The notes under the pieces were generated by a model. That model searched no databases, was not told the origin of the DNA, and saw only the letters and a program-made list of their open reading frames with translations. The position numbers were made by a program, and so were the translations under genes. Below are positions 11,164 to 24,330 of a stretch of DNA of 64,000 nt, piece by piece; position 1 is the stretch's first letter; each line of letters opens with the position of its first letter. Source of the stretch: Octopus vulgaris. Its lineage: Eukaryota. The DNA lies in NCBI GenBank assembly GCA_951406725.2, contig OX597814.1, forward strand, positions 200,074,001 through 200,138,000, written 5' to 3'.

Positions 11164-13314
11164 GGGCTTTTAATTTCATGTAAAAACCACTGGTCATGGT
11201 GCTTCATTAAAAGCACCCAGTACACTCTGTAAAGTGGTTTGGTATTAGGAAGGGCATCCACCTGTAGACACCAAGCCAAAACAGACTATGGAACCTTGTG
11301 CATCTCCTAGCTTTGCCAGCTCCTTTCAAACTATCCAACCCATGCCAGCATGGAGAATGAATGTTAAATGATGATGATGATGAAACTAGTTTTCAAAATT
11401 ACCAAAAAATAATCTCTCTCTCTCACACACACACAATGTACTGTTTCTGTTTTAGCATAAAAAAATTAACAACAACATAAAATCAATGTTTGGCACTTTA
11501 TACTGAAAATGTGTAAAATCTGTTAATATATATATATATGCGACTGTTTTGTGACAAAGAATTCAGATCCATACCTTGGATATCGTGTAGCCCACTTCAT
11601 GTGGAAACGGTAGTGCTCTCACTGAGTTCCATACTGATAGTTGCTATAACTACGCACAGTCGTATACAGATATTCAATATTATAAATGTTTCAGAAAAAT
11701 TTTAGCTTTTCGTTTGTCTAGTAGCAACATTCTTCATAAAATATTTGTATTGTATCGAGAATGGCTTCTCCTGGTAAATTTTTTGAACACTTTCAATTAA
11801 TTTCAATATTTTACTTATTGTCTGACATATTTCTTTAGTTTCTCAATTTAGCTCAATGAAATTCCACTTGGTAGTTAAACAGTAGTTGAAATATTTTTAC
11901 CCAAGCCACTACAGACTGCTTTCACATTAACAAAATTTTATTTCCATTTTATACGATGCCAAATATTATGATTTAGTAGGTATTAAGGTATTTTCTTAAT
12001 ATCAATTATTGATTATTCTGAAGAAGAGGAAAGAACATATCTCACAGACTTTTCCACTCTTCATATACTAATACATGGCTTCTATAACTAATATATCGAT
12101 AACTAGGTAAGATTAATTCAGTTAAAAATTTAGTCTGATGTCTTATAAATTGGTAAATAGAATAAAGTATTTGAAAAATTATTTAGTACAGGTCCAAGGG
12201 TAAGTTAGAGTTAGTGAAGAAGAGTGGCTGTATAAAATGAATTTAGGTAACAGGGTTTGTAAAGCCAACAGAGAAACAAATTAATGATTGTGGCACTGTA
12301 TTGCATAACGATAAATGCCTCGCACTTAATTGATTAATTAAAGTTGTGAACGCTGACTGTAGCTGTGGACAATAATTTTAATCATGTATGCATACATGTG
12401 CAAATGTGTGCGCACATGCGTTTAGTCTAAATGAGTGGTACCTTGGGCACCTGCCTTCTATTGTAACCTCATATTGACTAGTACTTCGTGAGTGGGATTT
12501 TGAAGATGGAAGCTGTGCAGAAACTTTGTGTGTGTGTGTGTGTGTGTGCGTGTGATATAGAATATTTATCTAGTGAACTGATTTCACTTGTACTGGTTGT
12601 AATTAAGAAATTAATGATAATGTTACAATTTCATGCTATCATAGGAAGTTTTCATTCCGTGTTAGTAGGAAAAAAGGATGTGTGCCTATATGTTTATACC
12701 TGGCTAAAAACCTGTTGTGTACTTTTATTTAGGAAAAAGCACCACCTGAACATGGCCGATACTAGCACTGCCTTGACTGGCTTCTTGCCCGTGGCACATA
12801 AAAAGCACAATATGATCATGGTCAATGCCCCTGTGCTGGTGGCACATAAAAAAGCATCCACTACACTCTCGGAGTGGTTAACATTAGGAAGGGCATCTAG
12901 CTGTAGAAACTTTGCCAGATCAAATTGGAGACTGGTGAAGCCTTCTGGCTCACCAGGCCTCAGTCAAACTGTCCAACCCATGCCAGCATGGAAAGTAGAT
13001 GTTAAACAATGATGATGATGATGAGTAAACCTCAGTGAAAAGGGCACTGAAATTTTGTTTGATCAATGTATTATTTTGTTTCCCTTTGTTAATTTCTTGG
13101 GGAATGTATTTTAATAATCATTTGATGGATTCAGTTTATAGACAGCAGCCATGTTCAAACAGTTGTACTTAGTCTGGTACTTATTTCATTAACCTCTATT
13201 AAGTTTATGGTCAGATGTGAAGCAAAATAACATAAAATGCATCACATCTGACCATACAACATCAAAACCAAAACTAACACACTGCGAGCACGTAATATCA
13301 AGAAGAAGCAACTA

Positions 13315-13449
13315 ATGACCAATGTAAACAATAAATTTGAAAGGCGCAAACTTCAGGACTCCAGCAGTTACATTGGACATACTAGTACAACACTCACTCA
13401 TAGACTCCCCATGCATTTTACACAAACTAGCTATTTGCAAAAGCAGTAA
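13315..13449 (+). pseudogene. Decayed GIY-YIG endonuclease region of a Penelope-like element
   Basis: My translation from 13315 is MTNVNNKFERRKLQDSSSYIGHTSTTLTHRLPMHF...*, which resembles the PLE pattern NVVYxF...YIGxTxxxLxxRLxxH. Confidence 0.6.
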
Positions 13450-14141
13450 AAAGCATCCCATAAAACAAAGTAAGATGAAAAAAATACTAGAGGATAATGC
13501 GTTCATACTGTAATTCCTCACAAAAACTGATTAATCATCACCACCACCATATACCACAATACAATGCAAAAATAAACATGCATATAATACACATAAAAAT
13601 TAACACTTGGTTACTAACATGAAAAACCTTTAAGTCAAAAATTTGACCACCACAAACAAATAGACACATGACTTACTGATGTATGAAACCAGCAGTTAAG
13701 CAATAACTTTGGTGAGAAAGTCTGCATGAATCCTACCAGTATGTAAGAAAGATCTAGGATGCTAAATATATTCAGTTCTTAAAAATGAAGGTGATGATTT
13801 GTGATGAAAATGGTGAATTCAGGAACTTTATTGCTGCAAATTAGCTGTAAAAAAAAAAAGAGATAAGAAGAAAATACAGAATATCTAAAATAAACTCTAA
13901 TAAAGTCATGTATTTAATGAAACCTATATAAAAGAAAATATGGGTACAAGTGAAAAGTGTCATTTGAACTATTTTCACTGCTATCTTTAGCATGCTGGTG
14001 CTACAAGTAGTATGCTTCATTATTGATATATATATCTGTGTGCCTGTGTGTGCCCTTAATGTATTATATATTTATGTATGTGCATGTGTGCCTTTAATGA
14101 AGTATATATATATGTGTATGTGTGTGTGCACGCACCCATAA

Positions 14142-14491
14142 CCCTTTTGATACCAACCCGGCTGAAACTGCATCTGGCTCTGAGTACAAATGTCTTGTTT
14201 TCAAAAGTTGTAGTGCACCTGAGCACTGTACACAATTATTATTATTATTATTATTATTATAAATAACCATTTTCCTTTGTTAGTACCGTGATGCTGATTA
14301 TTTTTCCATGTCAGTACATGTATAAAAGCCACTGTTTTATAATACAAAATCTTCCACCAAACCTTAGTCACAATTTATGTTCCTAACACTAGCTTTATGA
14401 TAACCAAGATATTTTACTAAATTCTTTGTTATATTTAAAATTAATTGAGAGAAACAAAGAGTATCTCAAAATAAATACGGTAACAAAAGGG
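14142..14491. mobile_element. piggyBac-like MITE with internal insertion
   Basis: ataa|CCCTTTTGATAC...GTAACAAAAGGG|ttaa. Same family as 22596-22815 in the opposite orientation, with about 130 bp extra that includes a CR1 tail. Confidence 0.75.
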
Positions 14492-16155
14492 TTAATGTAG
14501 TTCTCAGGGAGATTCAGCATGACACAGAATGTAGCAAGACTGATCCTCTGAAATACAAGTAAAGCTCATTTTTGCCAGCTTAGTGGACTGGAACGACATG
14601 AAATAAAGTGTCTTGCTCAAGGACACAATGCGTTGCCAGGAATTGAGCTCTTGATGTTATGAGTGTGAGCCAAAATCTCTAACCACTAAACCACACACCA
14701 TCACACACACTATGCTGCTGTAAAAGTTCCACTTATGCAGAAGTGGTTATGGTAAAAGATATTTGTCCATAGTTTCCCCACAGTGGAATCAAACTCAGAA
14801 TGAGTTGGTTGTAAAATGAACTTCTTAACCACCTCATCATTCTTGCACCCACCAGTATTTTCCCTTTGATCAAATTATTGGTAAATTACCAATTTAGCAT
14901 ATACTCTCTTCCAAAGTATTATTGATAAGAAAACTCAATATTCAAAATTCCCATTAAGAAGCTGTACAAAGGCACTAAAGTCCACTTTATACGCACAGTG
15001 ACATTTATTTCAAAAATAATCAATCCAGTAACCTTTAATTATTATTGGTTTATAACATCATTTAAAATTTTGCTTTGAAAACTTTGAAGGATCATATTTC
15101 TAAATTAGTTCGTCAAAACACAATCATCAAAATTATTGAGGTGGTTTAAACCTTGTATAGGCAAAACATTGTTGTGATTATTCTATCTTATTTTACAATA
15201 TATATATCAGTGAAGTTTCTGTAATAGCCAAACATTTTAATTACGATAGAGCATTTAAAAGATATAATACATTACATTCTGTGAATAATACCATGATAAA
15301 AGTAATGCACACTGCAAAGCAATTTATAATCAAAAAATAAATGGGCAATATTAGTTTTAGATTTACTATAGCCCTTGCATCTTTATTCCAGCTCTATGAA
15401 CTGAATAATCAATAAAAGTCAATCAACATGTTGCCAGCATCTTCTGTATTACTTGTATGTGACAAGTAATCCCTCTTTACCAATTCAATGAGCAGATAGC
15501 ATCAGTAATCTAGGATACCAACCACATCCATCTTTAGTTACTTCCTTTACTTAATGTGTAATTTTGAATGGCTATTTCATGGATATTGAAGAGACTTTCT
15601 AAATTTAGCTTCGGCGATGATAGAAATAATCTGTAGATATATGTAAATGGCTTCCACTTGTGTGTAATATTTAACAAAGGAAGTAGTTTTCTAGTAAAGT
15701 TTCATTTGTTCAGTTTTTATTTTTCCTAAAACATCTATTTTCTTTTTATTTCTATTTCTTGGGGAAAGAATAATTTCTGTGGCTGGCTGACTGAACTTTG
15801 TGACATTCTACATGAAATATTTTGGTTTCAGTTTAATATGTTGGTGCTTTGAAGTACAAAAGGGGGACATTTGTCATTTCACTCAATAAAGTAATGTTCA
15901 TCTGCTTATGTATCAAGATTAAATTTCTTTCTCAGTTTAACTGAATATATTGCTTTGACTTAGTGTTAAAATGCTTATATATATATAAAATACAAAAATA
16001 GGACAAGAACACAAAACATCCAGACAGTTAGGTGATACGAAAAAGGGACAACAAACATCCAGACAGATGATACAAGGAAGCAAGGACAGGTCATACGGAG
16101 TTTTCTTTCATCAGTCGAGTTCCAGATTATCTTTGCAATTTCAGCTGGTATATAT

Positions 16156-16209
<54 letters not shown>

Positions 16210-16382
16210 TCTCAGCATGGTTGGTGTTAGGAAAGGAAACATTGCCATATCAGATTGGAGTCCTCAGTCAAACCAGCCAACCCATGCCAGCATGGAATGT
16301 AGGCATTAAACGATGATGATATATATAAAAGCATAAGATGTTGTACAGAAAGGCAATATATGTATGTATATAGATACAGAGA

Positions 16383-16429
<47 letters not shown>

Positions 16430-17946
16430 AGAGAGAGAGGAGGGCTTCTTTCAGTTTCCCTCTACCAAATCCACTCACAAGGCTTTAGTAGGAGACACTT
16501 GCTTGAGGTGCCACACAATGGGACTGAACCTGGAACTACGTGGTTGGGAAGCAAGCTTCTTGCCACATAACCATGCTTGCACCTATCTTTGTTAGTTTTG
16601 AAGTTAAATTCTTGATGCTAAAGCAGATAGGTTAGACTGCCCTGGCATGTTTACACACTGCATGAAAGCTTTGCTTGTTTGATCAATTAGCATGCAATTT
16701 TTAGAAGAGATTTAGAAGAGACATTAGCGTTATTTTACAGAAACTATCTACCGAAACTATGAAAATTGAGGCAGTTTTTTTTTTGTATTTTTGCGGGGTT
16801 TTTTTTTTACCTACTTGTCACAAGAAGCTGGCTTAAGTTCAAATCATTTTGAGTCTGGAGAAAATATCAGTTGACACCTCCCACTTGCATTTACATCATA
16901 TTCTGACAGGAAACCAAGAATGATCTTACAGTCTTACCATTCTTGCAGTAACCCATATGAAAGAGTAAACCACATGCTTAAATGATAAAGAGAAAAATGC
17001 ATTGCAATGAAGTAGCAATTCTATTTCGTCTCTTCTCCTCTTCTTTCCCTCTGTTTTGTATGTAACTACCCTCAGACAGATTGTAAACACTCCTTATGTT
17101 CCACTCATGAGATGCCCCTGTGGCAAATAAAAGAAATCAACATCATCATTGTTGAGGCAGTAATGCTTAGCGGTATTTTGCCTCTCACTACGTTTTGAGT
17201 TCAAATCCCACCAAGGCTGACTTTACCGTTCATCCTTTCGGGATAGATAAATTGAGTACCAGGGTCGATGTAATCATCTTTCCTCCTCCCCACAAATTCC
17301 AGGCCTTGTGCCTATAGTAGAATGCATTGTTCATGCCGGTGGCACGTAAAAAGCACCAACCGATCGTGGCCAATGCCAGTGCCACCTTGACTGGCTTCCG
17401 TGCTGGTGACACATAAGAAGCACCGGTCGATCGTGGCCGTTGCCAGCTTCCCCTGGCACGTAAAAAGCACCCATTACACTCACGGAGTGGTTGGTGTTAG
17501 GAAGGGCATCCAGCTATAGAAACACTGCCAGATCAGACTGGAGCCTGGTGCAGCCTCCTAGCTTCCCAGACTCCGGTCACACCGTCCAACCCATGCTAGT
17601 ATGGAAAATGGACGTTAAACAATGATGATGATGATGACATGGCAGAATCTTTAGCAAACAGTACAAAATGCTTAGCCAAAATTTCAAACCTTGTGCCTAT
17701 AGCAGAAAGAAGTATTTGTATTGTCCCCCTCATCCTTCACCCTTGTGGCAAATAAATGAAGTCATCATTATTATTGTTAGCAGCAGCAGTAGCAATTGTA
17801 GTAGTAGTAGAAGAAGGATTGTACGACTGAAGACTGTTACCCAGATTAGTAAATGAGAGACCTTTCTAGCACGTGATACCTTTCAGTTTATACTTTAGCT
17901 ATAGTGAACAAGTAAGTATATTTTATTAGATACCAATCAAGATATA

Positions 17947-18513
17947 TTGGGTTGTCCAAAAAGTTCATGCCGATTTTTAAAAGGGAAAAAAAAGATCAAT
18001 AAATACTTGCCATTACATTTGTAATCTACCAAATGTGAACCATTTTGTTGCACAATGCGTCTCTCTCTTTCCTTTTACTTGAAAATACCCTCTTCCCAGA
18101 ATTGAGATGGTTTTATGGCAAAGAATTCATCAAGGTATCTTTTTATGTCATCCAAGGAATTGAAATTTTTACCATTAAGACTATTCTGCAGAGACCTGAA
18201 TAAGTGGAAATCTGAAAGAGCAATATCTGGTGAATATGGAGGGTGGGGTAACACATCCCAGCTGAGCTGCAGCAATTTTTGTCTGGTTCCCAAAGCATCA
18301 AGTGCTGAAAATGAACTTTCTTATCTTCCATTTTAAAGGGTCACAGAATTAACACAGGTTATAGGAACATAAACCTTCTTCCACGAAAAGATAGCTTAAA
18401 CTGTGCTCTAAATGGAGTTGTAGTCAAATCCTATTTTATGGACTCAACCCTGTTCTAAAATAAGTCAAAAGGTAAACTACTATAAATCGGCACAAACTTT
18501 CCGGACAACCCAA
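17947..18513 (-). mobile_element. Internally deleted mariner transposon
   Basis: About 30-bp TIRs (ttgggttgtcc...ggacaacccaa) with TA on both sides. The transposase N-terminus MEDKKVHFQHLMLWE is joined out of frame to the C-terminal LPHPPYSPDIALSDFHLFRSLQN. Confidence 0.92.
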
Positions 18514-19786
18514 TATTTAATACTTTCATTTTGCACCATTTTTTGTGAACAAAAGCATCATTGGCAGCAAGTTTCCAATGCACCACTCACTAGTTCCACA
18601 AGACTCACAATGGTGAGACTGGCAAGGAACCATCTGTGCAATAAAGTATTTCTCAAAAGCAGCAGTTTATTCGTTTCTCCACAGTTGTACAGTATCAGTA
18701 CTGCTTTATGCTGTTTTGAAAACACTTCTAATCAGCAGAGATACTCTCACAGGGTACTAAGTTATCCTCCACATTTCATCAGTATCTCTAGCCATATTTT
18801 AGTTAATACAATATAAACAAGTCCAGTGCTGAATTTGATGAGATGTCATATCTGTTTAGATGAATAGCACGATGTATTTATTATCTTTTATGAGAACCTT
18901 CATTTGCATATTTGGCAGGAAATTTGGTAAGAAAATAGCTTAAGATTTAAAAGAACTACATAACCATTGGCAATTATCGACTTTAAACAACTAAATTTGA
19001 AACTCTGCAAGGCTGTCATAGAACTGGCTATCTAAATAAAGTTGTCGAAGAAATTCAAAGGTTTCACAAAATCCATAAGATTGGAATTTGAATTCTTTTG
19101 TTAAAGAGTTTTATAATGGTGCACACACAGATTTTATATCCATTTTGTTTAACACTTACAGGTTTTCCATATATGTATGCTTGCCTGTATTTTTTTCCCA
19201 TTCATAGATTATGTTATTCTAATACCTCTCCATTGAAGGCTGAGTCAAAGGAAAGGAGATGAAATTTCCAAGCGATTTAAGTGCACAAGTCTCCAGTATC
19301 CAAGTGATTAAAAAGTTTCAGTTGAAGGGCACCCAGGAGCTATAACCTGGATATGTCCCTGGCCCCTTACAGTGTAAGAAGTTAAAGGCTGAAAGACTTG
19401 CTTACAGTGAATGTCTCTTCTGCTGTTCAGTTCCCTTGACGGTTTCTTAACACCATCTCTTAGAAATAACCTGATGACTTAAAATTTTAGCTTACTTTTC
19501 AGGGAGCTGGAATTAAGCATTGACTTCATTGAGGTATTAAGAGTGTTTGGTGTGGCTCTCTGCACTTGTAGCTCAAATCTTTCCTAGGTCAACTTTGCCT
19601 TTCATCCTTTCAAGTTCAGTAAAATAAAAGACAGGCTGGTAAACTAGTGGAGTTGTTAGAGAACCAGATGAAATGCCTTGTGATACTTGTTCTGGCTATT
19701 TGCATTGTGAGTTCTTGAGTTGTAGACACAATCTATTGTCCAGCTTAACACCATAAGCTGGAGTGATGGCATTTGGTGGTCTGTAT

Positions 19787-20013
19787 AAGGTGGCAAGCTG
19801 GCAGAATCATTAGCACGCCGGGCGAAATGCTTAGCTGTATATCATCTGCCGCTACATTCTGAGTTCAAATTCTGCTGAGGTCGACTTTGCCTTTCAACCT
19901 TTTAAGGATTAATTAAATAAGTACCAGTTATGCACTGGAGTCGATATAATTGACTTAATCCATTTGTCTGTCCTCTCTGTGTTTAGCCCCTTATGGGTAG
20001 TAAAGAAATAAGT
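19787..20013 (+). mobile_element. SINE family B, monomer
   Basis: Head ggcaagctggcagaa, B box gagttcaaattc, central tttgcctttca...aagtaccag domain. 15-bp TSD atttggtggtctgta at 19771-19785 and 20014-20028. Confidence 0.9.
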
Positions 20014-20235
20014 ATTTGGTGGTCTGTAGTGGTGTTTACTCCATTGTAAACATTCAGGCCAAGGCTCTGGTTTGAGGATAACTTCCTATTTTCCTCCCAT
20101 CAGTCTCAGAGACCATGAAAGCCCAAAGGATCACAAATACTGTCCTTCTCTCCTTGACTGAGCATTAAAAAAAAAAAAAAAATCCTTCAGATCTTTATTG
20201 CTATCTTTTTTATTATAACAGTTCATATTTATGGA

Positions 20236-20401
20236 GTTTCTACTGTCACAGATCATAGCTACAGTAGTTCTGTTATCAGAAAACAGTTACAGTTGTTCTA
20301 CTGTAATAGGTAATAAATATACGGTTTCTATTGTAACAGAATATAGCTGTAGGGTTTTTAATGTATCAGAATACAGTTCCAACATTTCTATTGTTAACAG
20401 T
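20236..20401. repeat. Old degenerate ~30-bp tandem repeat
   Basis: Recurrent ttcta(c/t)tgt(a/c)acagaa.a.ag.t units. Confidence 0.55.
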
Positions 20402-21307
20402 GTTTTCTTGTAAAACATGCTTTAATGAGCATATTGAGAACATATATGTATTTTTACGAAATAATCACAACAAAATCTAAATCGGTGTGTATTTATTTAA
20501 ACATACTTGTTTTACTTTTTCTTCTAATTTCTAATTTGTCTTTTGAAATACACATTTTTCTCTTTATTTCTTTTTAACAAATTATTTATCGATAAATTGT
20601 TTTCAAATTTTCAGAACATATTTATTTATCCATATTTGCTTTATTTTAAACATTGTCGCACATAAAACTTCGCTTTACACTATATTTAATGCTGATTTAG
20701 ATTGTTCCATTCTATTTGATGTTATCTTTATTCAATTTTTTTTTTTTTTAAATATAGAGCATGTCTGGAAAACAGCCTAGACAATCAAAAAGTTAACGTT
20801 CAGTTTCATATTATGCAAATATATACAAATGAAATGTCTATCTACTATATCTAAAACATGAAATTATTTCTCCAACTCATGTGACTATTTAAATGTCAGA
20901 TAAGTTTATTGCTTATAACACTGTTCTCCAAGTTTGAACAAACAATAAACTTACATACAGAGTAAATACCAAATTTTGGTTGTTTACTGCCTCACAAAAT
21001 TTGTATTATGTTGGCTTTCTACAAAATCTAGTAAATATATGGCTGTCATTTATATATTTTCAATGGATCGTTAGTATTAGTTTTACTCGTCAAAACTGCA
21101 TTATATGTCTAGCCCAATTAGAATAGATTATAATTTTAGTAAAAAATTGCATAATTGCTTGAATTATGTTTATATGGAAAACTATCTGCAGAATTTTGGT
21201 GATGAAATAAGACAGTATTGATGGTTAAATAATTAAGATTGCATATCAAAGAGGCCATGGTTATAATTGACTCATATAAAGAGATATCATGAATAGCAAT
21301 TTATGAA

Positions 21308-21517
21308 CCCTTTTGTTACCATATTTCTACCTTTGTTTCAATCAATTTTTAAAATAGTGAAGAATTTAGTGAAATAATTATGTCGTTATTAAGTTGCCGT
21401 TTGAAATGTAAATTAACATGAAATTTCAAAGAAAGATTTTTCATTTAGATCACTTTGAAACCGGAAGTTTGTGTCAAAGAGCCAGAGACAGCCTCCGGCA
21501 GGTTGTTATCAAGAGGG
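21308..21517. mobile_element. piggyBac-like MITE (diverged)
   Basis: CCCTTTTGTTAC...AAGAGGG|ttaa; homologous to 22596-22815. Confidence 0.7.
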
Positions 21518-21917
21518 TTAATGTATTCATATTGTAAGGATAGTGGTGGTGGTGGTGGTGATGGTGGTAGGGATGGTTTCTCGCAATATCTGTGAAAGAT
21601 ACATTTGTATCATGAGGTTGAAGTAGAGTTGAAGGATATGTATTTTAGCAGAACAGGAATATAGTTTAACCATGTTATAACTGGATATTTCTCAACCGTT
21701 TACTGTTCTCTTTGCACATTTTAAAAATATGCAAAACAAAGCAACATTATGTGTTCTAACAAGCAGCCTATCATCTTTCTTCACAAGCTTTCAATAGATT
21801 CTCGATGTCCTATGTACCCCAGCTTTTCAAATTTAATATCCTTCAATTTATATTATCCTCTCCTCATTTGCATTGATTACTCGTATAATATACAATGCAT
21901 AAATGCAGGAATTAGTG

Positions 21918-22256
21918 AAGGCGCATCGCTCAGTGGTTAGAGTGTCGAGCTTACGATTGTGAGGTTGTGAGTTCAAATCCTGGACTGGGCTGCGTTTTGT
22001 GTTCTTGAGCAAGACACTTTATTTCATGTTGCTCCAGTTCACTTAACTGTAGAAATGAGTTGCGACGTCACAGGTGCTAAGCTGTATCAGCCCCTTTGCC
22101 TTTCCCTTGGCTGACACTGGTGGAGTGGCGAGGGGAGGCCAGTATGCATGGGCGACTGCTGGTATTCCACAAACAACCTCGCCCGGACTTGTGCCTGGGA
22201 GGGTAACTTTCTAGGTGCAATCCCATGGTCTGTGTCGTGACCAAAGGGGATCTTAG
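21918..22256 (+). mobile_element. tRNA-derived SINE (third family)
   Basis: A box gctcagtgg, B box gagttcaaatcc, then tgtgttcttgagcaagacactt. 12-bp TSD aaatgcaggaat at 21901-21912 and 22257-22268. Related copies lie near 4990-5240, 14495-14700 (-) and 55690-56065. Confidence 0.85.
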
Positions 22257-22595
22257 AAATGCAGGAATGAAATCTGTTTAGGCAGTGCAGCCCCAGTCCA
22301 AAGTTTTTTACAAACAAGATAGATTTTTTTCAGTCTTAATATTAAAAACAAATACAGGTATAATAATAATAATTATTATTTTAAAATTTGCACAGGAATC
22401 AAATAAGATAAATCCAATAATAGAAAAGTTGTTTCAAACCAGTCCAAAATGTTTCTTCACTCATTTATTTTGGTGATGAAGATTTTCAGGAGGATTTCAA
22501 AATGTTTACATTGATCCCACAAAATCTTAGGGATGTAACAGCTAATGCTGTCCCACCCCCGGTTCCAAAGCCTATGATTCAGTGCATTTCTTTAA

Positions 22596-22815
22596 CCCTT
22601 TTGTTACTGTATTTATTTTGAGATACTCTGGGTTTATTTCAATTACTTTAAATATAAGAAAGAATTTAGTAAAATAACTTAGTTATCATTCAGCTAGTGT
22701 TAGGAACATAAATTGTGACTAAGGTTTGGTGCAAGATTTTAATTCAAAACTTATGAAAGCAAGAAATTTGTACTCAGAACCAGAGCAGGTTTCAGCCAGG
22801 TTGGTAACAAAAGGG
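22596..22815. mobile_element. piggyBac-like MITE
   Basis: TTAA on both sides and perfect 12-bp TIRs cccttttgttac/gtaacaaaaggg; non-coding. Confidence 0.85.
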
Positions 22816-23337
22816 TTAAACATTATAAAACATCAAACTGAACATTGATAGATGGTCAATTTTCGCTTACTTCAGATCAGAGTTAACTTGATCACATATC
22901 ACAATGTGTCACATACTAAACAGAAGAAATAACAAAAGCTTTAAGTAATTAATTTTACCATCGGAAATTAGTTATCTAGTATCAGAAAAATAACATTTTG
23001 TTTTTACCGAATGCAAAAACTTTATGAATAATAATTCACTTTTCAATAATTAACAAAAACTGTAACTACATTACTAAAAAAGCCTGTAGTCTCATGAAAT
23101 AGGTAATTTGTAGTATTACATAAGTCTGATGATCTGAAAATTCAGTTATTAGGAATTCTTTGTTTTTGTTAGTTATGACTTGACAACACAGAGACACCTA
23201 ATCAACACAATACTTATCAGAACTTTAAAAAAACAGAAATTACTGCTTTTAAGATAGTGTAACCCCAAATTCATTGTTTTGACAAATATTTTCCATCTCT
23301 CTGAAGATGATTTAGCTCCATTTTTATTTACTTTACA

Positions 23338-23489
23338 CAGTGACTGTGTGGTAAGTAGCTTGCTTACAAACCACATGGTTTCGGGTTCAGTCCCATTGCT
23401 TGGCACCTTGGGCAAGTGTCTTCTTCTATAGCGTCGGGCTGACCAAAGCCTTGAGTGGATTTGGTAGACGGAAACTGAAAGAAGCCTGT

Positions 23490-23557
<68 letters not shown>

Positions 23558-23810
23558 TGTATATATGTGTGTGTGTGTTTGTGCATGCATGTGTATATGC
23601 ATGTGTGTATGTTTGTGTTTGTCCCTCCAACATCACTTGACAACCGATGCTGGTGTGTTTACGTCCCCATAACTTAGCGGTTTGGCAAAAGAGACCGATA
23701 AAATAAGTACTAGGCTTACAAAGAATAAGTCCTGGGGTCGATTTGCTCGACTAAAGGCGGTGCTCCAACATGGCCACAGTCAAATGACTGAAACAAGTAA
23801 AAGAGAGTAA
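23338..23810 (+). mobile_element. SINE family A with internal (TA)n/(TG)n
   Basis: Head gtgtggtaagtagcttg...gggttcagtccc, internal microsatellite, tail gactgaaacaagtaaaagag. Confidence 0.9.
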
Positions 23811-24125
23811 TTAAAATTTACTGTGCAGAAGTAACCATAGCAAATTGCTGAAATTCAATTGCGTATTTTTCACATGCAGCTACAAGATGTATAATTAGTA
23901 GGAATCCTAGTTTTAAAGTGCTCTAACAAGGAAATAATAAGCTAAGTTACTCAGCAAAATTACATATCTGTTTACCTGTCTACGTATTTATGTATACACA
24001 CACACACACACGCGCACAATGATTAACAATATGTGTGAGTGTGTATGTATGTGTATATGTTATATATATTGTATTACATATATATGTATGTGTATATCTG
24101 ATATATATTGCATTATATATATTAT

Positions 24126-24330
24126 ATCATCATCGTCATTTAATGTCTGTTTTCCATGCTGGCATGTGTTGGACGGTTTGACTGAGGTTTGGAGGGCCAG
24201 TGGCTGCACCAGGCTCCAGTCTGATCTGACCATGTTTCTACGGCTGGATACCTTTCCTAATGGCAACCACTTTGAGAGTGTAGTGGGTGCTTCTTATGTG
24301 CCACTGGCACAGGAGCCAATCACAGGACAC
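24126..24330 (-). mobile_element. RTE LINE 3' UTR fragment
   Basis: Reverse complement of the RTE tail, starting with (CAT)n. Confidence 0.8.

Noticed and set aside
11567-11613. Possible terminal exon xPYLGYRVAHFMWKR*
   Set aside because: The acceptor lacks a pyrimidine tract and an equally plausible minus-strand frame exists; unsupported without RNA data.
12488-13012. 174-aa ORF
   Set aside because: It runs through a SINE fragment, (TG)n and an RTE UTR; no recognisable protein motif.
20811-20820. Octamer ATGCAAAT sites here and elsewhere
   Set aside because: Expected by chance in AT-rich DNA; no clustering or promoter context.
21918-21990. Functional tRNA gene (also near 55690 and 63491)
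   Set aside because: The acceptor stem does not close, and each runs into a repeat body, two of them with TSDs; these are SINE heads.
23126-23146. CTGATGA...GAAA hammerhead (also at 63781)
   Set aside because: No stem II and no convincing closing stems.
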